From the NCBI GenBank assembly GCA_902494195.1, contig CABUSH010000010.1, forward strand, positions 9,523 through 73,522: a stretch of DNA of 64,000 nt, given 5' to 3'. A model generated the notes under the pieces. The model made no database searches. It worked only from the letters and a program-made list of their open reading frames with translations, and was not told the DNA's origin. A program made the translations under genes and the position numbers. This DNA is from an uncultured Collinsella sp. (GTDB taxonomy: Bacteria; Actinomycetota; Coriobacteriia; Coriobacteriales; Coriobacteriaceae). Below, in pieces: positions 30,327-39,060 of the stretch. Each line of letters begins with the position of its first letter. Positions within the stretch are counted from its first letter, which is position 1.

Positions 30327-31505
30327 CTAATTTTGGGAACGCTGCTGCGGCTTCCAGGAGCCCACATTGGCGTCGTACTGGTTCAGCGCGCTGTTGCCGC
30401 CCTGTGCGATGGGCGCCAGGATCTCGCTTTGGTGGGAACTCATCGACTCGCCATCGGGAATGGCCAGCGAGATATCCCAGCTCTGGCAGATCACGTCGAC
30501 ACGCTCGTACATCCACTCGGCAAGCTGCTTTAAGTGGGCGATGTCGTCCGCATAGACCGTATCGTCCTGATACTTAAGGTTGTTAAGCTCATCTTGCGTC
30601 TTTTTGATCTGGTCGCGCAGGGCGTAGGCACTCTGCGACAGCTCCTGGCGGGTGGACAGCGGCGTTCGGAGATAGCCGTTGTTAAAGGAATCGATGACCT
30701 CGCCGATCTGGTCCTCGTCACCGTAGGACACGATGGCCTGATACAGACCGTCGAGCCTGGTATAGAGCTGATCATCGGTGAGCACGGTTTCTTCCTGGAC
30801 CACCTCGGCAGAATCGTCTTGCTTGGTATCGTCCTCAGTCGCCTCGCCCTTTTGGCGCGTAGGGAAGGTCGTCTGCGCGGCCTGGCCAAACTGGTCATAG
30901 AAGTCGGGCATAACACCCATGGGATCGGCCGTCACGAACCAATAGGCACCGCCGCAAACGACGGCAAGAACCGCGATGACGATGAGCGGCTTGGGGATAT
31001 GACGCTTGTGCTTGTGATAGGCGTCCTCGTCAGGATGCACCTTGCGTTTGGGTTTTTGAGCATCGTCATGCAGAGAAACCGGCGTGGGAATATCGACCTT
31101 GGGAATACCGAAATCCTTATCAAAAGCCGGCAGCACGCAAGTCTCGTTAGGATCGGCGGCGTCCGAAAGCACCGCAGCGGCAGAGGCGGGCGCATGCGGC
31201 ACCTCGGTATCGATCTGCTCTTGCGTTAGGCGCGGAAAGCCCGCCGTGCGGCCCGCTGCCAGGTCGGATGCGGCCGCGTCCTCGGAGAGGATACCCGGAG
31301 CGGGGCGTCCGCATTTGGGGCACGTACGATCATGCGGAGAAAGACGGGCACCGCAGCCCTCACAGAACACGAACTCGGTGTGCTCGGGACCGTCGCCCGG
31401 ACCCACATAGGCGTTGCAATAGGGGCAGAACGAGGCGCCGTCCTCGATAGTCTTAAGGCAATGCGGGCAGATCACGGCATCCTCTTTTCGAAGCAATTCA
31501 AACAA
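30327..31505 (-). CDS. Zinc-ribbon membrane protein of unknown function
   Basis: Two CxxC...CxxC ribbons (CPHCLK..CPYCN; CEGCG..CPKCG), a TM segment (LIVIAVLAVVCGGAYWFV) and a C-terminal domain of about 200 aa. Confidence 0.5.
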   Translation of the reverse strand: MFELLRKEDAVICPHCLKTIEDGASFCPYCNAYVGPGDGPEHTEFVFCEGCGARLSPHDRTCPKCGRPAPGILSEDAAASDLAAGRTAGFPRLTQEQIDTEVPHAPASAAAVLSDAADPNETCVLPAFDKDFGIPKVDIPTPVSLHDDAQKPKRKVHPDEDAYHKHKRHIPKPLIVIAVLAVVCGGAYWFVTADPMGVMPDFYDQFGQAAQTTFPTRQKGEATEDDTKQDDSAEVVQEETVLTDDQLYTRLDGLYQAIVSYGDEDQIGEVIDSFNNGYLRTPLSTRQELSQSAYALRDQIKKTQDELNNLKYQDDTVYADDIAHLKQLAEWMYERVDVICQSWDISLAIPDGESMSSHQSEILAPIAQGGNSALNQYDANVGSWKPQQRSQN

Positions 31506-31578
31506 TCGAGGTTAGAGCATAGCATCGCCACGGCCCCACAGGAGCAAGGCACCAATTCAACATCGCCAGGGCGCGTAG

Positions 31579-34317
31579 TTACTTCTTCTTTTTGCTTGGC
31601 ATCGAAACTTTGATGCCTTGGGCGGACTTGGTCACGCGAGAGCGCTTGGCTCCGGTACTCTTCTTTTTCTTGGGCTGGGCCTGGGCCACGCCCTCGAGTG
31701 CGCGGGCCTCGGCCTCGCGAGCGGTGCGATCTTCGCGGCGCTGCGCCATGTCGGCGGCGAAGCGCTTGGCAAAACGCTCGGCCGTCGAACCCGTCGAGCT
31801 CACCTTGCCGCCACCGCGACCCAGGTGGACGCGCACACCGCGGCCAAAACCAGTTGCAGCATGACGACGACGCGGCTTGAGCGAATCCATCATCGTGGCG
31901 AGCTTAAAGAACACCGAGCAGGTAAAGACCACGATGACAGCCAAGATAACCATCTGGCCCATCGACAGGTTGGCAATAGACAGCAGCTCTGGGAATCCGA
32001 TAACGCCCACCAGGATGCCGGCGACTACAAACACAAAGAGCACCACACGTAAGGGCGTGAGAGGCTGCGAGATGCGCCAGATTAGGCTGACGCTCGCCGC
32101 GCACGACGTAAGCAGGCACATCGTAGACAGCGTAAGCTGGGTAAAGCCAAACACGCGCGCCACAAAGATATCGAGCGCCGCAGCCAAAATGACCGCAATC
32201 GACGCCGGCAGTGCCCGCTTGAGCACGTTCGTCAGGAACGACCCCTTCACGCGAGCATTGTTGGGCTCCAAACCCAGTACAAAGCCCGGCGCGCCGATGC
32301 AGAAGAAGTTAATGAGCGTCATCTGGATGGGCTCGAAGGGGTACGGCGGCAGCGCGATGCACAGCGCGGCCAGGCCCATCGAGAACAGCGTCTTGGTCAG
32401 GAACAGCGAGGCCGAACGCTGCAGGTTGTTGATGGAGCGACGGCCCTCGGCCACCACGGCGGGCATCGAGGCAAAGTCGTTGTCGACGAGTACGATCTCG
32501 GCCACGCTGCGCGCGGCATCGGAGCCGGCCGCCATGGCGACGGAGCAGTCGGCCTCCTTGAGCGCCAGCACGTCGTTGACGCCGTCGCCCGTCATGGCCA
32601 CGGTGTGCTCGCGGCGCTTGAGCGCCTGGACGAGCTCGCGCTTCTGCTGCGGAGTCACACGACCAAAGACATGGTAGCGGTCCACTGCGGCATCGAGCTT
32701 GGCCGGCGTATCGAGCGTCGTAGCGTCCACATAAGCGTCCGCCCCCGGCACGCCCACCACGCGCGCGATCGACGACACCGTACGCGGGTCGTCGCCACTG
32801 ATCACGTTGAGGGTCACGCCCTGCTCATTAAAGTAGCCAATAGTCTCGGCCGCCGAGGTACGAATCTCGTCGCGGATGGTCACAAAGCCCACGGGCTCGG
32901 CCTCGCCCACCATATCGCCATCGGGTGTAAAGCCGTCCACGCGCGCCACCACGAGCACGCGGCAGGTATCGGCAAGCTCGGCGACACGGTTCTCGACCTG
33001 CGAAAACACACGATCAGAGAGCACAAACTGCGCCGCACCCATCACATAGGAGCCCTGCGCAAACGACGCGCCGCTCCACTTTTTGGAGGACGAGAACGGA
33101 ATGACCGACAGCGGCTCAGACACCTCGACCGGGCGATCGGCGTAATAGTTAAGCAGCGCCTGGCAGGTCTCGTTGGCATCGGCCGAAGTCGCACGCGCCA
33201 CGTTAGCCAGCGCAAAATCGAGTACCGTGGTATCGACGGGAACAGCCGCTTCGTCCGAGCCGGCGCCAAGGCTCACGCCCTCAACCGGCAGCGGATACGT
33301 GCCCTCGACCTCCATGCGGCCCGACGTGATAGTGCCCGTCTTGTCCAGGCACAGCACGTCGACGCGAGCGAGCGTCTCGATGCAGTAGAGTTGCTGCGCC
33401 AGCACTTTGCGGCGGGCCAGGCGCACCGTGGCGATGGCGAGCACCGACGAGGTCAGCAGCACCAGGCCTTGCGGGATCATGCCCAGCAGGGCGCCCACCG
33501 TGGACAGCAGCGCCGACGAAGGCACATGACCAGCCAACAGCTCGGAGAAGCACCACGAAAGCGCGCTATCGCCCGGGGTTCCCGCGGCATCCCACAGCTC
33601 GCTCACACTCGAGGCAAACAACGCCAAACCGAGCGGGATCATGATGATGCTCGCAAAGCGCACGATGGCGTTAAGCGCGTTCATGATCTCGGAATTGACC
33701 TTTTTGACGTACTTGGCCTCGTTATTAATTTTGGCCACGTAGTTGTCGGCGCCGACATGGATCACGCGGGCGCGCAGCAGGCCCGAGTCGATAAAGCTGC
33801 CGCTCATGAGCTCGGAACCGGGCTGTTTCTTGATAAGGTCGCTCTCGCCCGTCAGCAAGCTCTCGTTCACGAGAGCCTCGCCCGAAACCACCACGGCGTC
33901 GGCCGGAATCTGGTCGCCGCGCCCCAGGCGGATGATGTCATCGAGCACGATCTGGTCCAAGTCGAGCTCCACCTCGGCACCGTCGCGCACCGCGATGGCC
34001 TTCTTGGAGGTCAGCAGCGTAAGCTTATCGACCATCTTTTTGGAACGCATGGACTGAATGACGCCAATAGCGGTATTGAGGAACACCACGAACAGGAACG
34101 TCAGATTCTTAAACGAACCGGTCAAAATGACCAGGAACGCCAAGATCACGTTGATCAAATTGAACAGCGTGCAGAGGTTCTCGATGATGAGCTCTTTGAC
34201 CGACTTGGTCTTGAGCTCCATGTTGCGGTTGATCTTACCGGCGGCGATGCGCTCCTCGACCTCGGCGGTCGAGAGTCCGCGCTCGATATCCGTTGCTGCC
34301 ATACCACGTCCCATCAC
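31579..34317 (-). CDS. Cation-transporting P-type ATPase (P2/Ca-Mg-like) with basic C-terminal tail
   Basis: 912 aa with TGES, DKTGTIT and TGDGVNDVLALKEAD. The start among three nearby ATGs is uncertain. Confidence 0.9.
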   Translation of the reverse strand: MMGRGMAATDIERGLSTAEVEERIAAGKINRNMELKTKSVKELIIENLCTLFNLINVILAFLVILTGSFKNLTFLFVVFLNTAIGVIQSMRSKKMVDKLTLLTSKKAIAVRDGAEVELDLDQIVLDDIIRLGRGDQIPADAVVVSGEALVNESLLTGESDLIKKQPGSELMSGSFIDSGLLRARVIHVGADNYVAKINNEAKYVKKVNSEIMNALNAIVRFASIIMIPLGLALFASSVSELWDAAGTPGDSALSWCFSELLAGHVPSSALLSTVGALLGMIPQGLVLLTSSVLAIATVRLARRKVLAQQLYCIETLARVDVLCLDKTGTITSGRMEVEGTYPLPVEGVSLGAGSDEAAVPVDTTVLDFALANVARATSADANETCQALLNYYADRPVEVSEPLSVIPFSSSKKWSGASFAQGSYVMGAAQFVLSDRVFSQVENRVAELADTCRVLVVARVDGFTPDGDMVGEAEPVGFVTIRDEIRTSAAETIGYFNEQGVTLNVISGDDPRTVSSIARVVGVPGADAYVDATTLDTPAKLDAAVDRYHVFGRVTPQQKRELVQALKRREHTVAMTGDGVNDVLALKEADCSVAMAAGSDAARSVAEIVLVDNDFASMPAVVAEGRRSINNLQRSASLFLTKTLFSMGLAALCIALPPYPFEPIQMTLINFFCIGAPGFVLGLEPNNARVKGSFLTNVLKRALPASIAVILAAALDIFVARVFGFTQLTLSTMCLLTSCAASVSLIWRISQPLTPLRVVLFVFVVAGILVGVIGFPELLSIANLSMGQMVILAVIVVFTCSVFFKLATMMDSLKPRRRHAATGFGRGVRVHLGRGGGKVSSTGSTAERFAKRFAADMAQRREDRTAREAEARALEGVAQAQPKKKKSTGAKRSRVTKSAQGIKVSMPSKKKK

Positions 34318-34332
34318 GTCGCGTCGGTATAA

Positions 34333-34367
34333 GAAAAACCGCCCGGACCATGCGAGGTTCGGACGGT
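34333..34367 (-). terminator. Intrinsic terminator downstream of tRNA-Arg(CCG)
   Basis: Minus strand reads ACCGTCCGAACC-TCGCAT-GGTCCGGGCGGT (one mismatch, one G-U pair) followed by TTTTTC. It ends about 15 nt before the ATPase ATG. Confidence 0.5.
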
Positions 34368-34378
34368 CTTACGTTCGA

Positions 34379-34455
34379 TGGTGCCCCATGTTGGATTCGA
34401 ACCAACGGCCTTCTGCTCCGGAGGCAGACGCTCTAATCCCCTGAGCTAATAGGGC
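34379..34455 (-). tRNA. tRNA-Arg (anticodon CCG)
   Basis: Hand-folded GCCCTAT-TA-GCTC..GAGC-G-TCTGC-CTCCGGA-GCAGA-AGGCC-GTTGG-TTCGAAT-CCAAC-ATGGGGC-ACCA. All four stems pair and CCA is encoded. Confidence 0.85.
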
Positions 34456-34549
34456 CAACGTTTGGCATTATACCCAAGTGCACCACGGGCTATCAAAATA
34501 AAAGAAAAAGCTTTGCAATTCCGAGGAAGACGCGGTGCAACGGCCCACT

Positions 34550-34578
34550 TTAGAAGGCAAAAGCGAGCCAGATAGTAT
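34550..34578 (+). promoter_or_regulatory. Candidate sigma-70-type promoter of the aro array
   Basis: TTAGAA, 17 nt, then TAGTAT. Upstream of the aroF leader in a relatively AT-rich spacer. Confidence 0.3.
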
Positions 34579-34601
34579 AAACTCTCATGCACCATATATA
34601 C

Positions 34602-34627
34602 ACGGCTCGCGATGCGGGCCGTTTTTG
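34602..34627 (+). terminator. Terminator-like hairpin in the aroF leader (possible attenuator)
   Basis: ACGGCTCGC-GAT-GCGGGCCGT (9 bp, one G-U pair) followed by TTTTTG, 33 nt before the aroF ATG. Confidence 0.35.
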
Positions 34628-34659
34628 CAAAAGTTATCCATCGAGGTGAGAGGCACACC

Positions 34660-35685
34660 ATGATTGCAATTTTAAAGCAGAGCGCCAGCGACGAGGCCGT
34701 CAGCCATATCGTCAGCTGGATTGAGAAAAAGGGTCTGAAGACCGATGTCTCGCGCGGCGAGAACGAGACGATCATCGGCCTGGTGGGCGATACGACCAAG
34801 ATCGACCCGTTCCTGCTCGAGTCCATGGATGTCGTCGAGCGCGTACAGCGCGTCTCCGAGCCGTTCAAGCGCGCCAACCGCAAGTTCCACCCCGAGGACT
34901 CCGTCATCGACTGCGGCCACGGCGTCAAGATCGGCGGCGATCAGTTCCAGGTCATCGCCGGCCCGTGCTCAGTCGAGGGCGAGAACCTCATCCGCATCGC
35001 CCGCCGCGTGAAGGCCGCCGGCGCCACGATGCTGCGCGGCGGTGCCTACAAGCCCCGCACCTCTCCCTACGCCTACCAGGGCATGGGCCCCGCCGGCCTC
35101 GACCTGCTGTGCGAGGCGTCTGCCGAGCTCGATATGCCGATCGTCACCGAAATCATGGACCCACGCGACGTGCAGGTCTTCCTGGACAAGAAGATTGACG
35201 TCATGCAGATCGGCGCCCGCAACGCCCAGAACTTCCCCCTGCTCAAGGAGGTCGGCAAGACCCAGACTCCGATCTTGCTTAAGCGCGGCATGTCCGGCAC
35301 GATCGACGAGCTGCTTATGGCAGCCGAGTACATCATGAGCGAGGGCAACGACAACGTCATCCTGTGCGAGCGCGGCATCCGCACCTTCGAGACCCGCACC
35401 CGCAACACCTTCGACCTCAACGCCGTGCCGGTGCTGCACCACCTGTCGCACCTGCCCGTCGTCGCCGACCCCAGCCACGCCACCGGCTACACCCGCTACG
35501 TTGAGCCCATGGCGCTCGCCGCGACCGCCTGCGGTGCCAACGGCCTGGAGATCGAGGTCCACGACGAGCCGAGCCGCGCCTGGTCCGACGGCGCCCAGGC
35601 CCTCACCCCCGATCAGTTCGACGACACCATGCGCCGCATCCGAGCCATCCGCGAGGTCGTCTGCCAAGAGACCGTTCAGGAGTAG
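34660..35685 (+). CDS. aroF: 3-deoxy-7-phosphoheptulonate (DAHP) synthase, type I-beta with N-terminal regulatory domain
   Basis: MIAILKQSASDEAV... is an ACT/ferredoxin-like N-domain. The KDO8PS-like barrel has GPCSVE, LRGGAYKPRTSPY and ADPSH. The ATG at 34660 follows GAGGTGAGAGG. Confidence 0.9.
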   Translation: MIAILKQSASDEAVSHIVSWIEKKGLKTDVSRGENETIIGLVGDTTKIDPFLLESMDVVERVQRVSEPFKRANRKFHPEDSVIDCGHGVKIGGDQFQVIAGPCSVEGENLIRIARRVKAAGATMLRGGAYKPRTSPYAYQGMGPAGLDLLCEASAELDMPIVTEIMDPRDVQVFLDKKIDVMQIGARNAQNFPLLKEVGKTQTPILLKRGMSGTIDELLMAAEYIMSEGNDNVILCERGIRTFETRTRNTFDLNAVPVLHHLSHLPVVADPSHATGYTRYVEPMALAATACGANGLEIEVHDEPSRAWSDGAQALTPDQFDDTMRRIRAIREVVCQETVQE

Positions 35686-35688
35686 GCC

Positions 35689-36603
35689 ATGGGTACGGTG
35701 AGAAACGCGCGCGTTAACCAGGGCGGCCCCAAGTGCGCCGGCATCGTCGGCCTGGGCCTCATCGGCGGCAGCTTTGCGCGCGGCTATGCGCAGGCGGGCG
35801 TCCGCGTGCTGGCCTGGGACCCCGACGATGACGTCATGACGGCCGCCAGCATGGGTACCGTCGCCGGCGAGCTCAACGACGAGACGCTCGGCGAGTGCGA
35901 CATCATCGTCCTGGCTTGCTACCCCGAAGCCTGCATCGAGTGGCTCGAGGCGCATGCCCAGGCACTCGCCGACGCCACCGACACCGAGGCTATCATGGGC
36001 CCCGTGGTGATCGACACGGTGGGCGTCAAGGGCATCGTGTGCGAGCGCGCCTTTGAGCTTGCCCGCGAGCACGGCTTTTACTTTGTGGGCGCGCACCCCA
36101 TGGCGGGCACGCAGTACTCGGGCTATGCGCACTCCCGCGCCGACCTGTTCCAGGGTGCGCCACTCGTGCTCGTGCCGCCCGCGGTGGACGATGCGCTCAA
36201 GCTGGAGCTTTTGGGCCAGGTGCGCGAGATGGTGCGCCCCTTGGGCTTTGGCAAGTTCAGCGTGACCAGCGCCGCAGAGCACGACCGCGTCATCGCCTTC
36301 ACGAGCCAGCTTGCGCACGTGGTATCCAACGCCTACGTCAAAAGCCCCACTGCCCAGGTCCACCACGGCTTTTCGGCCGGCAGCTACCGCGATCTCACCC
36401 GCGTGGCGCACCTCAACCCGCAAATGTGGTCCGAGCTCATGATCGACGACGCTGACGCGCTCGCCTTCGAGATCGACCATCTGATCGAGTCGCTTGGCGC
36501 CTACAGCCGTGCGCTCAAGAACCGCGACCAGCGCTATCTGGAGAATCTTCTTGCCGAGGGAGACCGCATCAAGCGCGCGCTCGACGACGAGTCCTCCCAC
36601 TAG
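35689..36603 (+). CDS. tyrA: Prephenate dehydrogenase
   Basis: GIVGLGLIGGSFARG Rossmann motif and HPMAGT. Confidence 0.85.
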   Translation: MGTVRNARVNQGGPKCAGIVGLGLIGGSFARGYAQAGVRVLAWDPDDDVMTAASMGTVAGELNDETLGECDIIVLACYPEACIEWLEAHAQALADATDTEAIMGPVVIDTVGVKGIVCERAFELAREHGFYFVGAHPMAGTQYSGYAHSRADLFQGAPLVLVPPAVDDALKLELLGQVREMVRPLGFGKFSVTSAAEHDRVIAFTSQLAHVVSNAYVKSPTAQVHHGFSAGSYRDLTRVAHLNPQMWSELMIDDADALAFEIDHLIESLGAYSRALKNRDQRYLENLLAEGDRIKRALDDESSH

Positions 36604-36639
36604 ACCACCTATCACGCCAGGTCGAAAGGACCGAAGCTT

Positions 36640-37746
36640 ATGGCGATTACCATCGATATCGACACTGCACGCCCCTATCAGGTGCATGTTGGCACGTTTT
36701 TGCTGGAGCAGGCGGGACCGCTCGTGCGCGCCACTGCCGGCGGCACCAAGGCCGTCATCGTGACGGACACCAACGTGGGCCCGCTCTACCAGATGCCCGT
36801 TAAGCAGAGCCTGGAGGCGTCAGGCTACGAGGTGAGCATCTGCACCTTCGAGGCCGGCGAAGCCCATAAGCGCGCCGAAACCTATGTTGCCATTTTGGAG
36901 TTTGTGGCCGAGCACGAGCTTTCACGCTCCGACGTGATCGTGGCGCTTGGCGGCGGTGTCGTGGGCGACGTGGCGGGCTTTGTGGCCGCCACCTACATGC
37001 GCGGCTGCAAGTTTGTGCAGATCCCGACGAGCCTGCTCGCCATGGTGGATTCGTCGGTGGGCGGCAAGACCGCCATCGACCTTGCTGCCGGCAAGAACTT
37101 GGCCGGCGCCTTTTGGCAGCCGAGCGTGGTTATCGCCGACGTGGGGTGCCTGGCCACCCTCACGCCCGAGCAGTTCGCTGACGGCTGCGGCGAGGTCATC
37201 AAGCATGCCGTGATTGCCGATCCGGAGCTTTTCGCCGAGCTGGAGAAGACCCCGCTCACGCTGGAGCTGCTCAACCGCGACGTGGCCCGCGTAGCGCTCA
37301 TCATCGCCCGCAATATCGACATCAAGCGCGCTGTGGTCGTAGCCGACGAACGCGAAACCAACCAGCGCAAGCTCCTCAACTTTGGACACAGCGCCGGACA
37401 CGCCGTCGAGGCCTGCGAGCACTTTGAGCTCGGACACGGCAACTGCGTGTCGATCGGCATGGGCATCATCACGCGCGCCGCGGCCCTGCACGGCGTCTGC
37501 GATGCTGCACTGCCCGGTCGTATTGAGGAACTCTGCGCCCGCCATGGCCTCAAGACCCGCTGCGACCTCGATGTCGATGCCGTCTTTGCCGAGGCGCTCC
37601 ACGACAAGAAGCGCGCGGGCGACACCATCGATCTGGTGATTCCGCACGGCATTGGCCGCTGCAGCATCGACCGCACGCCGCTTTCCACTTTCCACGAACT
37701 CATTGCCGAAGGCCTCGGCCAGAAGGGAGACGCATCCGCATGCTAG
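36640..37746 (+). CDS. aroB: 3-dehydroquinate synthase
   Basis: Contains GGGVVGDVAGFVAATYMRG, DSSVGGKTAI and NFGHSAGHAVE. Confidence 0.9.
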   Translation: MAITIDIDTARPYQVHVGTFLLEQAGPLVRATAGGTKAVIVTDTNVGPLYQMPVKQSLEASGYEVSICTFEAGEAHKRAETYVAILEFVAEHELSRSDVIVALGGGVVGDVAGFVAATYMRGCKFVQIPTSLLAMVDSSVGGKTAIDLAAGKNLAGAFWQPSVVIADVGCLATLTPEQFADGCGEVIKHAVIADPELFAELEKTPLTLELLNRDVARVALIIARNIDIKRAVVVADERETNQRKLLNFGHSAGHAVEACEHFELGHGNCVSIGMGIITRAAALHGVCDAALPGRIEELCARHGLKTRCDLDVDAVFAEALHDKKRAGDTIDLVIPHGIGRCSIDRTPLSTFHELIAEGLGQKGDASAC

Positions 37747-39059
37747 CCCGCATCACCCCGTCCCCGCTCAAGGGCACCGTTCCCGCCATCGCGTCCAAGT
37801 CGATGGCGCATCGCCTGATCATCTGCGCCGCGCTTGCCAACGGCGAGACGCACGTTACCTGCAACACTACCTGCGCCGACATCGAGGCCACGGTGCGTTG
37901 CCTTACGGCCCTGGGCGCCCGCATCGAGACCGTCGAGGACGGCTTCCAGGTCCACCCCACCATGAAGAGTGTTGAGTTTGGCCTGCTCAAGGCCCTTGCC
38001 GGCGGCACGCTTGACTGCGGCGAAAGCGGCTCCACGCTGCGCTTTATGCTGCCTGTCGCCTGCGCGTTGGGTGCGGATGCCACCTTCGTGGGCCAGGGCC
38101 GCCTTGGCACTCGCCCGCTCTCCCCGCTCTCGGACGAGATCATCGCCGCCGGCTGCGACCTACAGGGTCTGGGCGGTTTTCCGCTCAAGACGAGCGGACG
38201 CATGCGCCCGGGTACCTTTGTGCTGCCGGGCAACGTGAGCTCGCAGTATATCTCGGGCCTGCTGCTGGCAGCCCCGCTGCTTGCGCAGCCCTCCTGCGTG
38301 CAGGTGACCGGCCTCATTGAGAGTCGCCCCTATATCAACCTGACGATCCAGGCCATGAAGGCCTTTGGCGTCGAGGTCAACGTCGAGCGTATTCCCGCCC
38401 GGGACGGCCAGCCCGAGGTCACGAACTTCCGCGTGAGCAGTGGCTCGTATCGCACGCCCGGCAGCGTGGCCGTCGAGGGTGACTGGTCCAACGCTGCCTT
38501 TTGGCTGTGTGCCGGCGCTATCGGCACCGACCCCATCACCGTCGAGGGTGTGTCCCTGAGCTCCGCACAGGGCGACCGCAACGTGCTCGCCGCGCTTTCG
38601 CGCTTTGGCGCCCGCATCGTGCGTTCCACCAACGCCGCCACCGTGCAGTCCGACAAGCTCGCCGGCTTTGAGATGAGCGCCCACGACATTCCCGACCTGG
38701 TGCCCGTAATCTCGGCCGTGGCCTCGCTGGCACAGGGCCGCACGTTCATCCGCGACTGTGCGCGCCTGCGCATCAAGGAATCTGACCGTCTGGTCACCAC
38801 CACCCGCGAGCTTACCGCGCTGGGCGCACAGGTGCGCATCGCCGGTGACGACCTCATCATCAAGGGCGTCGATGCCCTTACCGGCGGCGAGGTCGATTCG
38901 CACAACGACCACCGCATCGCCATGATGGCAGCCATCGCCGCGAGCCGTGCCACCGGCGAGGTCGTGATCCACGGCGCCGAGGCCGTCAACAAGTCCTATC
39001 CCGATTTCTTCGACCACTACCGCCTGTTGGGCGGCAAGGTCACGCTCGAGGAGGAATAG
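37740..39059 (+). CDS. aroA: 3-phosphoshikimate 1-carboxyvinyltransferase (EPSP synthase)
   Basis: Contains ASKSMAHRLII, VSSQYISGLLLAAP and DHRIAMMAA. Overlaps the aroB end by 7 nt. Confidence 0.9.
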   Translation: MLARITPSPLKGTVPAIASKSMAHRLIICAALANGETHVTCNTTCADIEATVRCLTALGARIETVEDGFQVHPTMKSVEFGLLKALAGGTLDCGESGSTLRFMLPVACALGADATFVGQGRLGTRPLSPLSDEIIAAGCDLQGLGGFPLKTSGRMRPGTFVLPGNVSSQYISGLLLAAPLLAQPSCVQVTGLIESRPYINLTIQAMKAFGVEVNVERIPARDGQPEVTNFRVSSGSYRTPGSVAVEGDWSNAAFWLCAGAIGTDPITVEGVSLSSAQGDRNVLAALSRFGARIVRSTNAATVQSDKLAGFEMSAHDIPDLVPVISAVASLAQGRTFIRDCARLRIKESDRLVTTTRELTALGAQVRIAGDDLIIKGVDALTGGEVDSHNDHRIAMMAAIAASRATGEVVIHGAEAVNKSYPDFFDHYRLLGGKVTLEEE

Positions 39060-39060
39060 C

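Noticed and set aside
32605-34332. 575-aa plus-strand ORF
   Set aside because: It is antisense to the P-type ATPase, which has DKTGT and TGDGVND motifs on the minus strand. Shadow ORF.
34969-36687. 572-aa minus-strand ORF
   Set aside because: It is antisense to aroF, tyrA and the start of aroB, with no motifs. Shadow ORF.
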